Shown piece by piece: positions 39,645 through 50,766 of a stretch of 64,000 bases of DNA. Below the pieces are notes generated by a model, which saw only the letters and a list, made by a program, of their open reading frames with translations, ran no database searches and was not told the origin of the DNA. Numbering within the stretch: the stretch's first letter is position 1; each line of letters starts with the position of its first letter. The position numbers were made by a program, and so were the translations under genes. This stretch comes from Candidatus Nomurabacteria bacterium (GTDB lineage Bacteria; Patescibacteriota; Minisyncoccia; Phycocordibacterales; UBA9973): the NCBI GenBank assembly GCA_023267435.1, contig JAHFNH010000004.1:1236-65235 (forward strand). Reading direction: 5' to 3'.

Positions 39645-40868
39645 ATGGTTAAATCAAACAAAATATATATGGATTACGCCAGTGGCGCTTGTTCAGATCC
39701 AGCCAACCCGGGGGCTATCCATGAATTTGGAGTAAAAGCAAAGAAAAGATTGAATGAAGCAAGAGAAGAAATTGCTGGAATTTTAGGCGCGCATTCTGAT
39801 GAAATAATTTTTACCTCTGGAGCAACTGAAAGTAACAATTTGGTGATTTTAGGTGTTTTGAAAAAGTATCTTCAAAATTTTTCCCATTTGCCACACATTG
39901 TAACTACCAACATAGAACACGCATCCGTATTGGAAGTTTGTAAATATTTAGAGAAAACAAAACAAGCAGAGATAACTTTTGTGCCAGTTGAATCAAACGG
40001 AATAGTTTCTCCAGAAAAAATAAAAAAAGCGTTGAAAAAAAATACTATTTTAGTTTCTGTGATGTATGCGAATAATGAAATTGGCACAATCCAACCAATA
40101 CGAGAAATTGCAAAAGAAATTAGGCACTTTAGGAAAACGAAAAATTCAGCAGAATTTTCTCGGGTCCTCGGAAGGGGGTCAGCCAGACCACTCGAAAATT
40201 CTCTGAATTTCTCGTTTCCCATTTTTCATACTGATGCTACTCAGGCGATAAATTATTTGCCGATCAATGTCGAGAAGCTCGGTGTTGATTTGTTATCCTT
40301 CAATGGATTAAAAATTTACGGACCGAGCGGTGTTGGAGTTTTGTATGAAAAAAGGAATACGCCCATCAGTAGTATTATGTTTGGTGGTGATCAAGAAAGA
40401 GGATTGAGACCCGGAACAGAAAATATTAATGGAATTATTGCTTTGGCTAAAGCTTTGAAAATTACTGAACAAATAAAAGATAAAGAAGTAAAACGCTTAA
40501 CCAAGCTTCGAGATTATTTTACTAAAAAATTATTAAAATTTAATTTTGTTGTTAATGGTAGTTTGGAAAATAGATTACCCAATAATATAAATATCACTAT
40601 TCCAAAAACCCCGAGTGATCTTTTAGTAATAGAACTTTCAGCAAAGGGAATTATGGCTTCTGTAAAAAGCGCTTGTAAGTCTGGCGATGAAAAATCTTCT
40701 CATGTCATACAAGCTATTCGTGAAGCGAAAACAGGGAAGTCTTTGTTGGATAAAGAAGTAGACGGATCTATTAGATTTTCTCTGGGCAGACAGACGACTA
40801 AGGCTGATATTGATTACACAGTTAAAGCTTTGTCTCAAATTTTGACTAAACTAAAAAAATGGTACTAA
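39645..40868 (+). CDS. iscS: Cysteine desulfurase (IscS/NifS family) with an in-frame palindromic insertion
   Basis: FTSGATESNN, IEHASV, SVMYANNEIGTIQP, HTDATQA, KIYGP, RPGTEN, SAC, IRFSLG. Confidence 0.9.
   Translation: MVKSNKIYMDYASGACSDPANPGAIHEFGVKAKKRLNEAREEIAGILGAHSDEIIFTSGATESNNLVILGVLKKYLQNFSHLPHIVTTNIEHASVLEVCKYLEKTKQAEITFVPVESNGIVSPEKIKKALKKNTILVSVMYANNEIGTIQPIREIAKEIRHFRKTKNSAEFSRVLGRGSARPLENSLNFSFPIFHTDATQAINYLPINVEKLGVDLLSFNGLKIYGPSGVGVLYEKRNTPISSIMFGGDQERGLRPGTENINGIIALAKALKITEQIKDKEVKRLTKLRDYFTKKLLKFNFVVNGSLENRLPNNINITIPKTPSDLLVIELSAKGIMASVKSACKSGDEKSSHVIQAIREAKTGKSLLDKEVDGSIRFSLGRQTTKADIDYTVKALSQILTKLKKWY
40132..40219. mobile_element. Palindromic element inserted in-frame in iscS
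   Basis: GGAAAACGAAAAATTCAGCAGAATTTTC ... GAAAATTCTCTGAATTTCTCGTTTCC, between EIAKEIRHF and FHTDATQ. Confidence 0.7.
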
Positions 40869-40926
40869 AGTACTGCGATTTCTACAATCCTTGAGGGATT
40901 AAGAAATCGGGAGTATAATTAAAACT

Positions 40927-41736
40927 ATGGACATTCAAGATTTAAATAAAACACAACTAATACTATTAGCTTTACTTTTAAGTTTCGTTACTTCGATCGC
41001 GACAGGTATAACGACTGTGACTTTAATGCAACAAGCTCCAGCATCCGTGACTGTGCCTATTAATAGAATTATCAGACAAACAGTTGAAAAGATTGTGCCA
41101 GCAGAAATAGGAAAGCCAGCAGTGCAGACAATAGTCATAAAAGAAGAAGATTTAGTGGTGGATGCAATTGCAAAAAATCAATCCGCTATTTTTTCAATAA
41201 TCAAAGAGACGACCGATGGGTCTGGTCTTGTTACTGAAGTTTCTGCCGGTAGAGGATTTGTTATTTCAACTGACGGTATGATTGTAGCCGATGCGGCATT
41301 GGTGCCGGATAAGGAGGTCTATTACGTAAGCAATGATTCAGGAAAATTTAAAGCAGATTTTGTTTCTGCTAAAGATGGATTTTCATTTTTAAAAATAGGC
41401 GCACCGTTGGATGAAAAAAATAAAGTGTCGTTTGCAGTGCCAACTTTCGGTGATATTAAAAATATGAAAATAGGACAAAAAGTGATAACACTAGGGAGTT
41501 CGATATCTTCATTTATTTATGACGGATCGAAAGATCTTAAATTGAATGTTACAAAATCAAATGCAGGAGGCATGATACTCGACCTTGATGGAGATGTTCT
41601 TGGCATTGCTTTGTCTGGTGAGACTGCATCCTTTGCTTCAATTTCTACTATTACTGATGCGTTAAAAACAGCAACGATAGTAACACCAGTATCAACAGGC
41701 GCAGCGGCAGCGATAGAGGCTCCAAAAGTACAGTAG
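40927..41736 (+). CDS. Trypsin-like (HtrA-type) protease-domain protein, catalytic residues apparently lost
   Basis: GRGFVISTDGMIVAD, IGQKVITLG, SNAGG..LDLDGDVLGI. Confidence 0.7.
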   Translation: MDIQDLNKTQLILLALLLSFVTSIATGITTVTLMQQAPASVTVPINRIIRQTVEKIVPAEIGKPAVQTIVIKEEDLVVDAIAKNQSAIFSIIKETTDGSGLVTEVSAGRGFVISTDGMIVADAALVPDKEVYYVSNDSGKFKADFVSAKDGFSFLKIGAPLDEKNKVSFAVPTFGDIKNMKIGQKVITLGSSISSFIYDGSKDLKLNVTKSNAGGMILDLDGDVLGIALSGETASFASISTITDALKTATIVTPVSTGAAAAIEAPKVQ

Positions 41737-41782
41737 CTTGACATTTAGTCTGTTTATTTTATTATCTAGTATCTAAAAACAT

Positions 41783-44479
41783 ATGCCACCATTAACCAGA
41801 TTTACAACTAAAGCTAAAGATGCGATAAAAAAAGCTCACGAGCTGGCTATTGAACGCGGGCAAAATCACGTTTCTTCAATGCATTTACTAGCGGCACTCT
41901 TATTACAAGAAGAAAGCATGGTGAATTCTATTTTAGATAAAATGGAAATAGATACTATGCTTTTGACTGATTCCGTATTAGAAGCGATTGAATCACCTGA
42001 AGCACAGACAACGATGTCTGCTTCGTATCAGATTTATCTCAATCCTGACTTGGCTCAGTCTATCGAGCATTCAGTGAAAATGGCGGAATCTTTAAAAGAT
42101 GAATTTGTTTCAACTGAGCATCTTTTTATTGCTATGCTCGATGTGCCCAGCGAGGCGCGCGAGACTTTAGCGAGATTTAGAATTCATAAAGATTTAGTGA
42201 TGAAGATTTTGGAAGAACTTCGCAGTCAAAATATTACCGACACGACAGAGACAAAAAAGTTTCGTTTACTTTCGAAATATACTCGCAATTTAACCAAACT
42301 TGCGAAAGAAGATAAGCTTGATCCAGTCATTGGGCGTGATAATGAAATTATGCGCATAATGCAGATTTTATCTCGACGAACAAAAAACAATCCTATCTTG
42401 ATAGGCGAAGCGGGGACTGGTAAGACTGCTGTCGTAGAAGGACTAGCGCAGAGAATTGCTAAGAATGACGTTTCTGAATCTTTGAAAGAAAAAGAACTTG
42501 TTTCTCTTGACTTAGGTTCACTCATTGCCGGTACAAAATATCGCGGAGAATTTGAAGAAAGATTGAAGGGTATTATGAAAGAAATAGAAAGGGCTGATGG
42601 AAAAATAATTCTTTTTATTGATGAGATACACACCATCGTCGGTGCTGGAGGTGCAGAAGGAACGATGGATGCTTCAAATATGTTAAAGCCCGCACTGGCT
42701 CGTGGAGAATTGCGTGCTATTGGAGCGACGACCTTAAAAGAATATCAGAAACATATTGAAAAAGATCCAGCCTTGGCTCGTCGTTTTCAGCCTGTTTATA
42801 TAGATGAACCTTCGTTGGAAGATACGATTGCTATTTTGCGCGGACTGAAAGAAAAATATGAACTTTTTCATGGTGTGCGCATTACTGATGACGCGATACT
42901 TTCAGCTGTTAATTTGAGCACTCGATATATTACAAATAGATTCTTGCCGGATAAAGCTGTCGATTTGATCGATGAAGCTTCTTCTTCATTGAAAATAGCT
43001 CTTGAAAATAAGCCTCCAGTTTTAGAAGAAGCTCATAGAAAAATAATGCGTTTGGAAATTGAAAAAGAAGCATTAAAAAAGGAAAGTGAAGAAAATAAAG
43101 ATGCTAAAATTAGAGTGAAAGATATCGATAAAGAAATAGGAAATTTGCGTGAGAAAACAAAAGAGCTTGAATTAAAATGGCAGAATGAAAAAAATATTGT
43201 TATTGAAATACGTTCTATTAAAAAAGAACTTGAAACTTTACGTTTAGAAGCGGAGAGTGCTGAAATGCGCGCGGATCTTTCTCGTGCGGCAGAAATACGT
43301 TATGGCAAAATTCCTAGTTTGAAAAAAGATCTTGAAACAAAACTTACTCGTTTAAAAAAATTACAGAAGTCTCGCAGAATATTAAAAGAAGAAATTAACG
43401 CTGAGGATATTGCAGAAGTTGTCGCACGTTGGACGGGTATACCACTTGCGAAAATGCTAGAAGAAGAACGCGCGAAGTTGGAAAAAATGGAAGAAGAATT
43501 GCGAAAGCGTGTCATTGGACAAGATGAAGCTATCAAGCGCGTGGCAGATGTTATACGCCGTTCACGAGCTGGAATTTCTGATCCAAATCGTCCGATCGGT
43601 TCCTTCATTTTCTTGGGTCCGACGGGTGTCGGGAAAACAGAGCTTACCAAAGCTTTGGCACAATTTATGTTTAATGATGATAAGGCTCTTATCCGAGTGG
43701 ATATGTCAGAATATATGGAACGTCATTCTATTTCAAAACTTATTGGTTCTCCACCAGGATATGTCGGTTATGATGAATCTGGTCAATTAACAGAATCAGT
43801 CAGACATCGTCCTTATGCGGTGATACTTTTTGATGAAGTTGAAAAAGCGCATCCGGAAGTTTTCAATATGCTTTTGCAAGTTCTTGATGAAGGCAGATTG
43901 ACCGATGGAAAGGGTAGAGTGGTTAATTTCAAAAATACAATTATCATTCTTACATCAAACATCGGTTCTCAATTTATCGATAAGATGGAGTCTATTGGAT
44001 TTTCCAATAATTCAGATAAGCAAAATTACAGCAATATGAAAGAAAAAGTAATGGAAACATTAAAGGACCATTTTCGTCCGGAGTTTTTGAATCGTCTGGA
44101 TGAAACTATTGTCTTCGATGTTTTGCCTGAAGAAGCAATCAGAGAAATTGTGAACTTAAGAATTAAAGTTGTGAAAGAGCGCTTAGCTTCTAAAGATATC
44201 GGATTGGAGATTTCAAATGAAGCTCTCGATTATCTGGCAAAGGAAGGATACAATCCGCATTACGGTGCAAGACCATTAAATCGTCTGATTCAAAATAAAA
44301 TTCTAAATCCTGTAGCCTCATATATTCTTTCTAGTGGAGCAAAGAAAGGTGATGTTGTTCATGTTTCGGTAAAAGCGAGAGAGCTTTTGATTGAAACTAA
44401 AAAAGGGAAAAGCTCGTCCCGCCCTGGCGGGGTAAAAAGTTCTGTGCGAGTTCGGGCTAGTTCTGGAGCTAGGTCATAA
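41783..44479 (+). CDS. clpB: ATP-dependent chaperone ClpB
   Basis: Two AAA+ modules ([16 protein letters not shown]), [11 protein letters not shown], middle coiled coil with AAEIRYG. Confidence 0.96.
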   Translation: MPPLTRFTTKAKDAIKKAHELAIERGQNHVSSMHLLAALLLQEESMVNSILDKMEIDTMLLTDSVLEAIESPEAQTTMSASYQIYLNPDLAQSIEHSVKMAESLKDEFVSTEHLFIAMLDVPSEARETLARFRIHKDLVMKILEELRSQNITDTTETKKFRLLSKYTRNLTKLAKEDKLDPVIGRDNEIMRIMQILSRRTKNNPILIGEAGTGKTAVVEGLAQRIAKNDVSESLKEKELVSLDLGSLIAGTKYRGEFEERLKGIMKEIERADGKIILFIDEIHTIVGAGGAEGTMDASNMLKPALARGELRAIGATTLKEYQKHIEKDPALARRFQPVYIDEPSLEDTIAILRGLKEKYELFHGVRITDDAILSAVNLSTRYITNRFLPDKAVDLIDEASSSLKIALENKPPVLEEAHRKIMRLEIEKEALKKESEENKDAKIRVKDIDKEIGNLREKTKELELKWQNEKNIVIEIRSIKKELETLRLEAESAEMRADLSRAAEIRYGKIPSLKKDLETKLTRLKKLQKSRRILKEEINAEDIAEVVARWTGIPLAKMLEEERAKLEKMEEELRKRVIGQDEAIKRVADVIRRSRAGISDPNRPIGSFIFLGPTGVGKTELTKALAQFMFNDDKALIRVDMSEYMERHSISKLIGSPPGYVGYDESGQLTESVRHRPYAVILFDEVEKAHPEVFNMLLQVLDEGRLTDGKGRVVNFKNTIIILTSNIGSQFIDKMESIGFSNNSDKQNYSNMKEKVMETLKDHFRPEFLNRLDETIVFDVLPEEAIREIVNLRIKVVKERLASKDIGLEISNEALDYLAKEGYNPHYGARPLNRLIQNKILNPVASYILSSGAKKGDVVHVSVKARELLIETKKGKSSSRPGGVKSSVRVRASSGARS

Positions 44480-44567
44480 ATTTTTACAGTAAAAAAGATG
44501 CAAAAATAATAATTTTATGCTATTTTATAGTCTATGGAAGGTGATCAGTAAATAAATAAAAACTAAT

Positions 44568-44650
44568 GCGTCGGTGGTGGAGTGGTCTATCACAACAGAC
44601 TGTAAATCTGTCGGCTTCGGCCTTCGAAGGTTCGAATCCTTCCCGACGCA
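44568..44650 (+). tRNA. tRNA-Tyr(GTA)
   Basis: GCGTCGGTGGTGGAGTGG..ACAGA-CTGTAAA-TCTGT..GGTTCGAATCC. Confidence 0.95.
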
Positions 44651-44772
44651 CAATTGACAAATAAACTTAATAATGCTATTATTTTAATGTAATAATAGTT
44701 CTTTGATATTTGTTTTTATTGGTTTCCAGAGTAGGTTTATACCTTTTATGGTAACTAATAAAAACTATTCAT

Positions 44773-45264
44773 ATGAAGAAAATTATATGTTTGTTAATTC
44801 TTTGTTTTAATTTTTTATGTGGCCAGTCACAAATTTATGTGACAAAAACAAAAACTTCATCAAATAATAATGGTGATAATTTACATAAAATAGCAAATGA
44901 ATTTTCTAAAGAAGTCGGGAATAAATTAAAAGAATTATATCCCGCTAAGATAAATAATATTTCAGTCAAACTCAAAGTAGTTAATGGAATGTTGAGTCTA
45001 ACTTACATAGCACAAATAATAAAGTGCAATAAACAGGAAGCTCAATATTATTTTGATCACCGAGGAGCATTAAGTGCAAGCAATAAAAAATTAAATGCCC
45101 TTAATAATGCAAAAAGTCGTGTTGAACAACAAAAAACAGAGGTTGTTTTTGAGTTTAAAAAATTTTATAACAACGTGACTGTTGTTTCTCAAAATATTGA
45201 TCAAATAGAATATTCAGGTATGTTTTGGGTAATAAATGAATTATTTATAGCAAGTAGTAAATAA
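44773..45264 (+). CDS. Hypothetical secreted protein
   Basis: Signal-peptide-like N-terminus; AT-rich; directly downstream of tRNA-Tyr. Confidence 0.6.
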   Translation: MKKIICLLILCFNFLCGQSQIYVTKTKTSSNNNGDNLHKIANEFSKEVGNKLKELYPAKINNISVKLKVVNGMLSLTYIAQIIKCNKQEAQYYFDHRGALSASNKKLNALNNAKSRVEQQKTEVVFEFKKFYNNVTVVSQNIDQIEYSGMFWVINELFIASSK

Positions 45265-45289
45265 AACAATAATTTTAAAATCACAAATC

Positions 45290-45508
45290 ATGGGAAAGAA
45301 AAATAAAAATTTTCTAAAGGAAATACAAAAAGACCCTGAGCTTTTAGGAATCTATGAAGCCAGAGTAAATGAAAAAGGATCAGTAGAAAAATCATTCAAA
45401 CAGGAAATGAATGATTCTATTAAGCCGACGGATTGGATGAGAGTGAGTAAGTTTGAGTTTGAATTTAACAATTCCGGTTTTACAGGAAAATGCAGATCAG
45501 CAATGTGA
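45290..45508 (+). CDS. Hypothetical protein
   Basis: 72-aa ORF followed by a terminator at ~45521-45553. Confidence 0.5.
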   Translation: MGKKNKNFLKEIQKDPELLGIYEARVNEKGSVEKSFKQEMNDSIKPTDWMRVSKFEFEFNNSGFTGKCRSAM

Positions 45509-45596
45509 CAAAATTATTATAAAAGAGCGACGTAATATTATGTCGCTCTTTTTTATATACTAACGTTTTTTTTCTAGTCTATGTTATTATGTTTTA

Positions 45597-46454
45597 GTGA
45601 AAAAGTTTTTAATTATAATTTTATTGCTGATAGCCGTCTTAATAATAGGATTTCCAGCTCATACTGTTGAAACACTTAAGACGACAGAAGGTTTTCCAGA
45701 TTATCTTAAAGGTTTACCGAAAGAGCTTTCTGTACAAGAAATTCCATCTAATGAAAAAGTATCAAGTCATTCTATAAGAGTGCCTATTTTGGTTTATCAT
45801 AGTATTAGGCCAGAACGTCCGACTGATACCGATTTTATTAAAAGTTTTAATACCGAGCCTCAATCTTTTGAAAAACAAATGCAATATTTAAAAGATAATG
45901 GCTACTCAGTTGTTTCTTTAAACGATCTTTACGACGCTTTGACTGCCGGTAAAAAATTACCAGAAAAATCAGTTATTCTAAATTTTGATGATGGTTGGCA
46001 AGATCAATACGACAACGCTTTTCCTATTTTGAAAAAATTTAATTATACTGCCACATTTTTTATTTTTTCTAGTGCGCCTGAACATAAATATTTTATGACT
46101 TGGGATGAAATAAAAGAGCTGGATGCTGCTGGTATGACGATAGGCAGTCATACATTGAATCATCCATATCTTGAAAAAATAACCGACGAAAAAGAATTAG
46201 AAAAACAGATTTTTTATGGTAAAAAATCTTTAGAAAAGCATATCGGCAAAACTGCTGATTTATTCGCTTATCCTTTCGGTGAATATAATGATCAAATAAT
46301 AAGTGTGGTAAAAAGTGCCGGTTTTAAAATGGCCAGAAGTATTCACAATGGCAGATATCATAGTTTAGAGGATCTTTATACTATCAAGGCCATTATTACC
46401 AATAGCGATTACAATAGATTTGTAAGAGAATTGGAAAAAGTTACTAAATCGTAA
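45597..46454 (+). CDS. Polysaccharide deacetylase (CE4/NodB family)
   Basis: VPILVYH, LNFDDGW, IGSHTLNHP, FAYPFG. Confidence 0.9.
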   Translation: MKKFLIIILLLIAVLIIGFPAHTVETLKTTEGFPDYLKGLPKELSVQEIPSNEKVSSHSIRVPILVYHSIRPERPTDTDFIKSFNTEPQSFEKQMQYLKDNGYSVVSLNDLYDALTAGKKLPEKSVILNFDDGWQDQYDNAFPILKKFNYTATFFIFSSAPEHKYFMTWDEIKELDAAGMTIGSHTLNHPYLEKITDEKELEKQIFYGKKSLEKHIGKTADLFAYPFGEYNDQIISVVKSAGFKMARSIHNGRYHSLEDLYTIKAIITNSDYNRFVRELEKVTKS

Positions 46455-46476
46455 ATATATAGCATATAATATAACT

Positions 46477-49104
46477 ATGAATTGGCTTCGGCATATTTTT
46501 CTAAAAATCAAAGAAGGAGGAGATGAAACAAATTCTTCTAAAAAAGAGTTTTTGGATAAATTGTTGGAATTTGCAAAAAATGATTCTAATTTTGCATTAG
46601 ATAGATTGGATTCTCGAGTAAATGGATTAAACGATGAAGAAGTAAAAAAAAGAATAAAAACTTTTGGCTTCAATGATTTAAATGGTGAGAAAAAAACAAA
46701 CCATCTTTTAAGATTATTAATAATTTTAAAAAATCCGTTAAATTTACTTTTGTCTATTTTAGCGATAGTTTCTTTGTTTGTCGGTGATGTTAAAGCAGCT
46801 ATCATTGTGGTGGTGATGGTATTACTCAGCGTAGTTTTGAATTTTTATCAAGAAACAAAAGCTGAAATAGCTGCGGATAAATTAAAATCAATCATTCATG
46901 CGAAAGCTACCGTTATAAGAAATGGAATTAAAAATGAAGTTCTTTTAAGAGATGTTGTTCCGGGAGATATTGTGTCTCTATATTCTGGAACGATTATACC
47001 GGGTGATGTAAAAATACTTTCTTCAAAAGATTTATTTATAAACCAAGCGATGCTGACTGGTGAATCAATGCCGGTAGAAAAACATGTTCTCGATGCTGAT
47101 TTAGAAAATAAAAGTATAATAGAATTTAATAATTTGTGTTTCTTGGGAACCAGTGTCGAGAGCGGTATGGCGATGGCCCTTGTTTTAAGCACTGGAAAAA
47201 ATACTTATCTAGGCAGTATTGCTTCTGATATTAATAAAAACGATCATGTTTCTGATTTTAATAAAGAACTGCAGCAATTTGTAATTTTGATTTTGAAGTT
47301 TATGGCCGTGATGGTGCCGGCAGTATTTTTATTGAACGGAATTTTTAAAGGGAATTGGTTTGAAGCATTTTTGTTCGCATTGGCTGTGGCTGTCGGCATG
47401 GCTCCAGAAATGATTCCGACGATTGTAGCTGTGAATTTATCAAAAGGAGCTTTAGCTTTGGCAAAAAATAAAGTAATTGTAAAACATTTGGAAGCGATAG
47501 AAAATCTAGGTGTGATGGACGTATTGTGTACAGACAAGACTGGTACCTTAACAGAAGGGAAGATTGTTTTGGAAAAACACTTGGATATTAATGGTAAAGA
47601 AAGCACTGAAGCATTACATTACGCTTTTTTAAATAGTTATTTTCAGACGGGTCTTTATGACATTATTGATGACGCTATTTTGAAACACGAAGAAATAAAA
47701 GAAAAATCAGAAATATCAAATTATAAAAAAATAGATGAAATTCCTTTTGATTATGACAGGAGAAAAATGTCAGTAATAGTATCAAATAACGTGGATAAGC
47801 ATTTATTTGTTTGTAAGGGAGCTGTGGAGGAAATTTTCAATTCTTGTACAAGTGTCTTGGTTGATAATAAAAAAGTTACCTTGAGTAATTTCAGTGAAGA
47901 TAAAAAAATACTAATAGAAAAAGAATTAAACAAAGAAGGTTTTCGAGTTATTGCTGTCGCTTATAAGGAAGTTGATAAGAATAAAAAAGTTTTTACAGTT
48001 GATGATGAAGAGGGTCTGACTTTTGTCGGATTTTTAGCTTTTTTTGATCCTCCGAAACAAAGTGTCACTGAAACGATAGAAGATTTGAAAGAATTAGGTG
48101 TGACGGTAAAAATTTTAACAGGGGACAATGAGATAGTTACCAATAAGATATGTGAGGAAGTCGGTATGCATGTTGACAGAATTCTTTTAGGCAAAGATAT
48201 AGAACATATGACTGATGAGGAACTGGCAAAAGAAGTAGAACTAGTGTCAATTTTTGCAAAACTTTCTCCTTATGATAAAGAAAGAATTATAAAAACTTTG
48301 CGTAAGAATAATCATATTGTCGGTTTCTTAGGAGACGGTATCAACGATTCTCTTTCTTTGATTGCGGCGGATGTCGGTATATCTGTCGACACTGCGGCAG
48401 ATATTGCCAAAGAATCTTCCGACATGATTTTGCTCGAAAAAAGCTTATTGGTTCTAAAAGATGGAATAAAAGAAGGAAGAAGAATTTTCGACAATATAAT
48501 CAAATATATAAAGATGGCGGCTAGTTCGAATTTTGGAAATATGTTTAGTGTTGTCGGTGGTAGTATTTTCTTACCATTTTTGCCTATGTTGCCGGTGCAA
48601 ATTTTGACCAATAATATGCTTTATGATTTTTCTCAGATGACCATACCGACGGATAATGTAGATGAGGAAAGATTGTTGAAACCTAAAAAATGGGATTTTA
48701 AAAATATCAAAAGATTTATTTTATTCTTTGGTCCGATAAGTTCCTTGTTTGATTATGCTACATTTTTCGTAATGCTTTATGTATTTCATGCTTGGGGTAA
48801 TCCAGAACTTTTCCATACTGGTTGGTTCGTAGAATCGCTTCTTACTCAGACTTTGATCGTGCATATTATCAGAACGAGCAAGATCCCATTTTTCCAAAGT
48901 ATGGCGAGCTGGCCACTCGTTGTCTCGACTTTGTGTGTGATTGGAGTTGGAATTTATCTACCATTTTCACCATTTGCGGGAGCATTTAAAATGGTCGCAT
49001 TACCGCCATTGTATTTCTGTTTGTTGTTTATCGGTCTTGTTTTGTATTTCTTAATAACTCAATTCCTAAAAATGTGGTTTATTAAAAAATACGAGTGGAT
49101 ATAA
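46477..49104 (+). CDS. mgtA: Magnesium-translocating P-type ATPase
   Basis: LTGES, DKTGTLT, GDGIND, KYIKMAASSNFGN, NNMLYDFSQ, FHTGWFVES. Confidence 0.93.
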   Translation: MNWLRHIFLKIKEGGDETNSSKKEFLDKLLEFAKNDSNFALDRLDSRVNGLNDEEVKKRIKTFGFNDLNGEKKTNHLLRLLIILKNPLNLLLSILAIVSLFVGDVKAAIIVVVMVLLSVVLNFYQETKAEIAADKLKSIIHAKATVIRNGIKNEVLLRDVVPGDIVSLYSGTIIPGDVKILSSKDLFINQAMLTGESMPVEKHVLDADLENKSIIEFNNLCFLGTSVESGMAMALVLSTGKNTYLGSIASDINKNDHVSDFNKELQQFVILILKFMAVMVPAVFLLNGIFKGNWFEAFLFALAVAVGMAPEMIPTIVAVNLSKGALALAKNKVIVKHLEAIENLGVMDVLCTDKTGTLTEGKIVLEKHLDINGKESTEALHYAFLNSYFQTGLYDIIDDAILKHEEIKEKSEISNYKKIDEIPFDYDRRKMSVIVSNNVDKHLFVCKGAVEEIFNSCTSVLVDNKKVTLSNFSEDKKILIEKELNKEGFRVIAVAYKEVDKNKKVFTVDDEEGLTFVGFLAFFDPPKQSVTETIEDLKELGVTVKILTGDNEIVTNKICEEVGMHVDRILLGKDIEHMTDEELAKEVELVSIFAKLSPYDKERIIKTLRKNNHIVGFLGDGINDSLSLIAADVGISVDTAADIAKESSDMILLEKSLLVLKDGIKEGRRIFDNIIKYIKMAASSNFGNMFSVVGGSIFLPFLPMLPVQILTNNMLYDFSQMTIPTDNVDEERLLKPKKWDFKNIKRFILFFGPISSLFDYATFFVMLYVFHAWGNPELFHTGWFVESLLTQTLIVHIIRTSKIPFFQSMASWPLVVSTLCVIGVGIYLPFSPFAGAFKMVALPPLYFCLLFIGLVLYFLITQFLKMWFIKKYEWI

Positions 49105-49118
49105 GCCGGTTTATTTTT

Positions 49119-50285
49119 CTAATGATGATGTTCATAATGTTCTAAATTTTCTTTTTCTTTTTCCAACATTGAATTATTTTCCGATTTTTTTATTTTAACT
49201 AATATAAAAGTCGCTAAAAGTGTTGTGATTGGAACGGCAAGTACTAATCCTATGCTTCCAATTAGTATTCTTATTATCTCTGTAGCAAAGATTTCTCTAT
49301 TCATAGTCATTAATATATTAATTGGCGGAGTTGAAAAGAAAAGAAGAAGTGGTAATGAAGCACCTACATATGCAATAGCCAATGTATTCACTAAAGCCCC
49401 AATATGTTCTCGTCCCATCCTCATTGCTCTTTTGAAGATTATTTTTCTTGGAATATGGGGAGCAATATGATGAAGTTCTTCTACTGAAATTGCCTGTCCA
49501 ATAGCCACATCATATAAAACACCCAAAAGACCAATCATTATTCCACCAATTAATACTCCAACTAAATTAATATTTCCATGAGTATTTAAATTTAAATAAA
49601 CCGCCTCTTCGCTTGCAAAACCACTAAATTCTGACATATGCACAGCTGAGTAAGCCATAATTCCAGTAAAAATAACTGTAATAATCATTCCAATAACGGC
49701 AGAAGAAGTTGTCTTGTTAAATCCATGTGTTACATACGATCCTAAAATTATAATAAAAGAAGAAACAGCAATACTTATTAATACCGGCGAATAACCATGA
49801 AGAATGCCTGGTAAAAGAACATACATAATCAATACAAAACTTCCTGCTAAACTGATAAGCCCACGGATTCCCTGTATGCCACCAATCAATAAAACTAGAA
49901 CAACAAACAATATAGCAAAAAAATAAATTACTGGCAGACGATAAGTATCTTCTACGTTGTAATAGGTTTCACCCGTATCTGCTGATACGGTATAGTTTAA
50001 ATAAAAAATATCACCCTTTTTAAGCTGAGTAAAGTCATTATTAAATGTTGCTGTTTCTCCTTCTTTTTCTCCTTCTAAAATTTGTGCTGTAATTATTTGA
50101 CTAGTACTCGGTACATCTAATACAGGTATATTTTCTGTACCTTTAGCTTGTACTTCTAAAACTTTAGCTTTGACTATGTCAGTTTTGTCTGGGACTATTT
50201 CTGAAGCTTTTACTTGGTAAGGAACAAGTAAGGAGTATAAAAAGATGGAAAAAAGTATTAATGAAAATATTTTTAATTTTGTCAT
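49119..50285 (-). CDS. YibE/F-family membrane protein with His-rich tail
   Basis: GIMIGLLGVLYDV..Q, G.EHIGALVNTLAIAYVGASLPLLL, GSIGLVLAVPITT; ends HYEHHH. Confidence 0.85.
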   Translation of the reverse strand: MTKLKIFSLILFSIFLYSLLVPYQVKASEIVPDKTDIVKAKVLEVQAKGTENIPVLDVPSTSQIITAQILEGEKEGETATFNNDFTQLKKGDIFYLNYTVSADTGETYYNVEDTYRLPVIYFFAILFVVLVLLIGGIQGIRGLISLAGSFVLIMYVLLPGILHGYSPVLISIAVSSFIIILGSYVTHGFNKTTSSAVIGMIITVIFTGIMAYSAVHMSEFSGFASEEAVYLNLNTHGNINLVGVLIGGIMIGLLGVLYDVAIGQAISVEELHHIAPHIPRKIIFKRAMRMGREHIGALVNTLAIAYVGASLPLLLFFSTPPINILMTMNREIFATEIIRILIGSIGLVLAVPITTLLATFILVKIKKSENNSMLEKEKENLEHYEHHH

Positions 50286-50322
50286 TATAAATTTATAACA
50301 TATTTAATATACTAATACTAGT

Positions 50323-50337
50323 TGCAAATCATTTGCA
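50323..50337. promoter_or_regulatory. Putative Zur/Fur-type 7-1-7 operator
   Basis: TGCAAAT-C-ATTTGCA perfect palindrome in the divergent yibE/zur intergenic region. Confidence 0.65.
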
Positions 50338-50356
50338 TTTATGATAAATTTTATTC

Positions 50357-50755
50357 ATGAGAAATTTATTAAAAGGTAAGGGATATAAGGCTACGCCAGC
50401 AAGGATTGAAATACTTGATATTTTAAACAAAAGTAAGAAGCCACTTAATGCAGAATTGGTGTACCAAAAAATAAAAAATAAAAATATCAACAAAACAACT
50501 GTGTATCGAACCCTCTCTTCTCTTTCAGAATCTGAAATTTTGAAAATAGTTGATTTACATAAAGATTCTGTATTTTTTGAACTGCAAAACAAGCACCATC
50601 ATCATATAATTTGCACCGACTGTGATTTGGTGGAAGACATAGAAAACATAGAGGTGGAAAAAGTATTATCAAAAATTAAAATAAGCTCGTCGAAATTTAA
50701 AAACATTAAAGAACATTCATTGGAATTTTTTGGAATTTGCAAAGAGTGTTCGTAA
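50357..50755 (+). CDS. zur: Fur-family repressor, likely Zur
   Basis: ATPARIEIL, TTVYRTL, HHHHIICTDC, FFGICKEC; upstream of znuACB. Confidence 0.85.
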   Translation: MRNLLKGKGYKATPARIEILDILNKSKKPLNAELVYQKIKNKNINKTTVYRTLSSLSESEILKIVDLHKDSVFFELQNKHHHHIICTDCDLVEDIENIEVEKVLSKIKISSSKFKNIKEHSLEFFGICKECS

Positions 50756-50766
50756 GATTAAAAAGT

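Noticed and set aside
44410-44479. GC-rich CCCGCC/GGCGGG hairpin in the ClpB C-terminal tail
   Set aside because: Short and single-copy; it may be a repeat remnant but the evidence is insufficient.
44651-45553. Integrative element at tRNA-Tyr
   Set aside because: Two ORFans follow the tRNA, but I saw no integrase and no duplicated tRNA 3' end.
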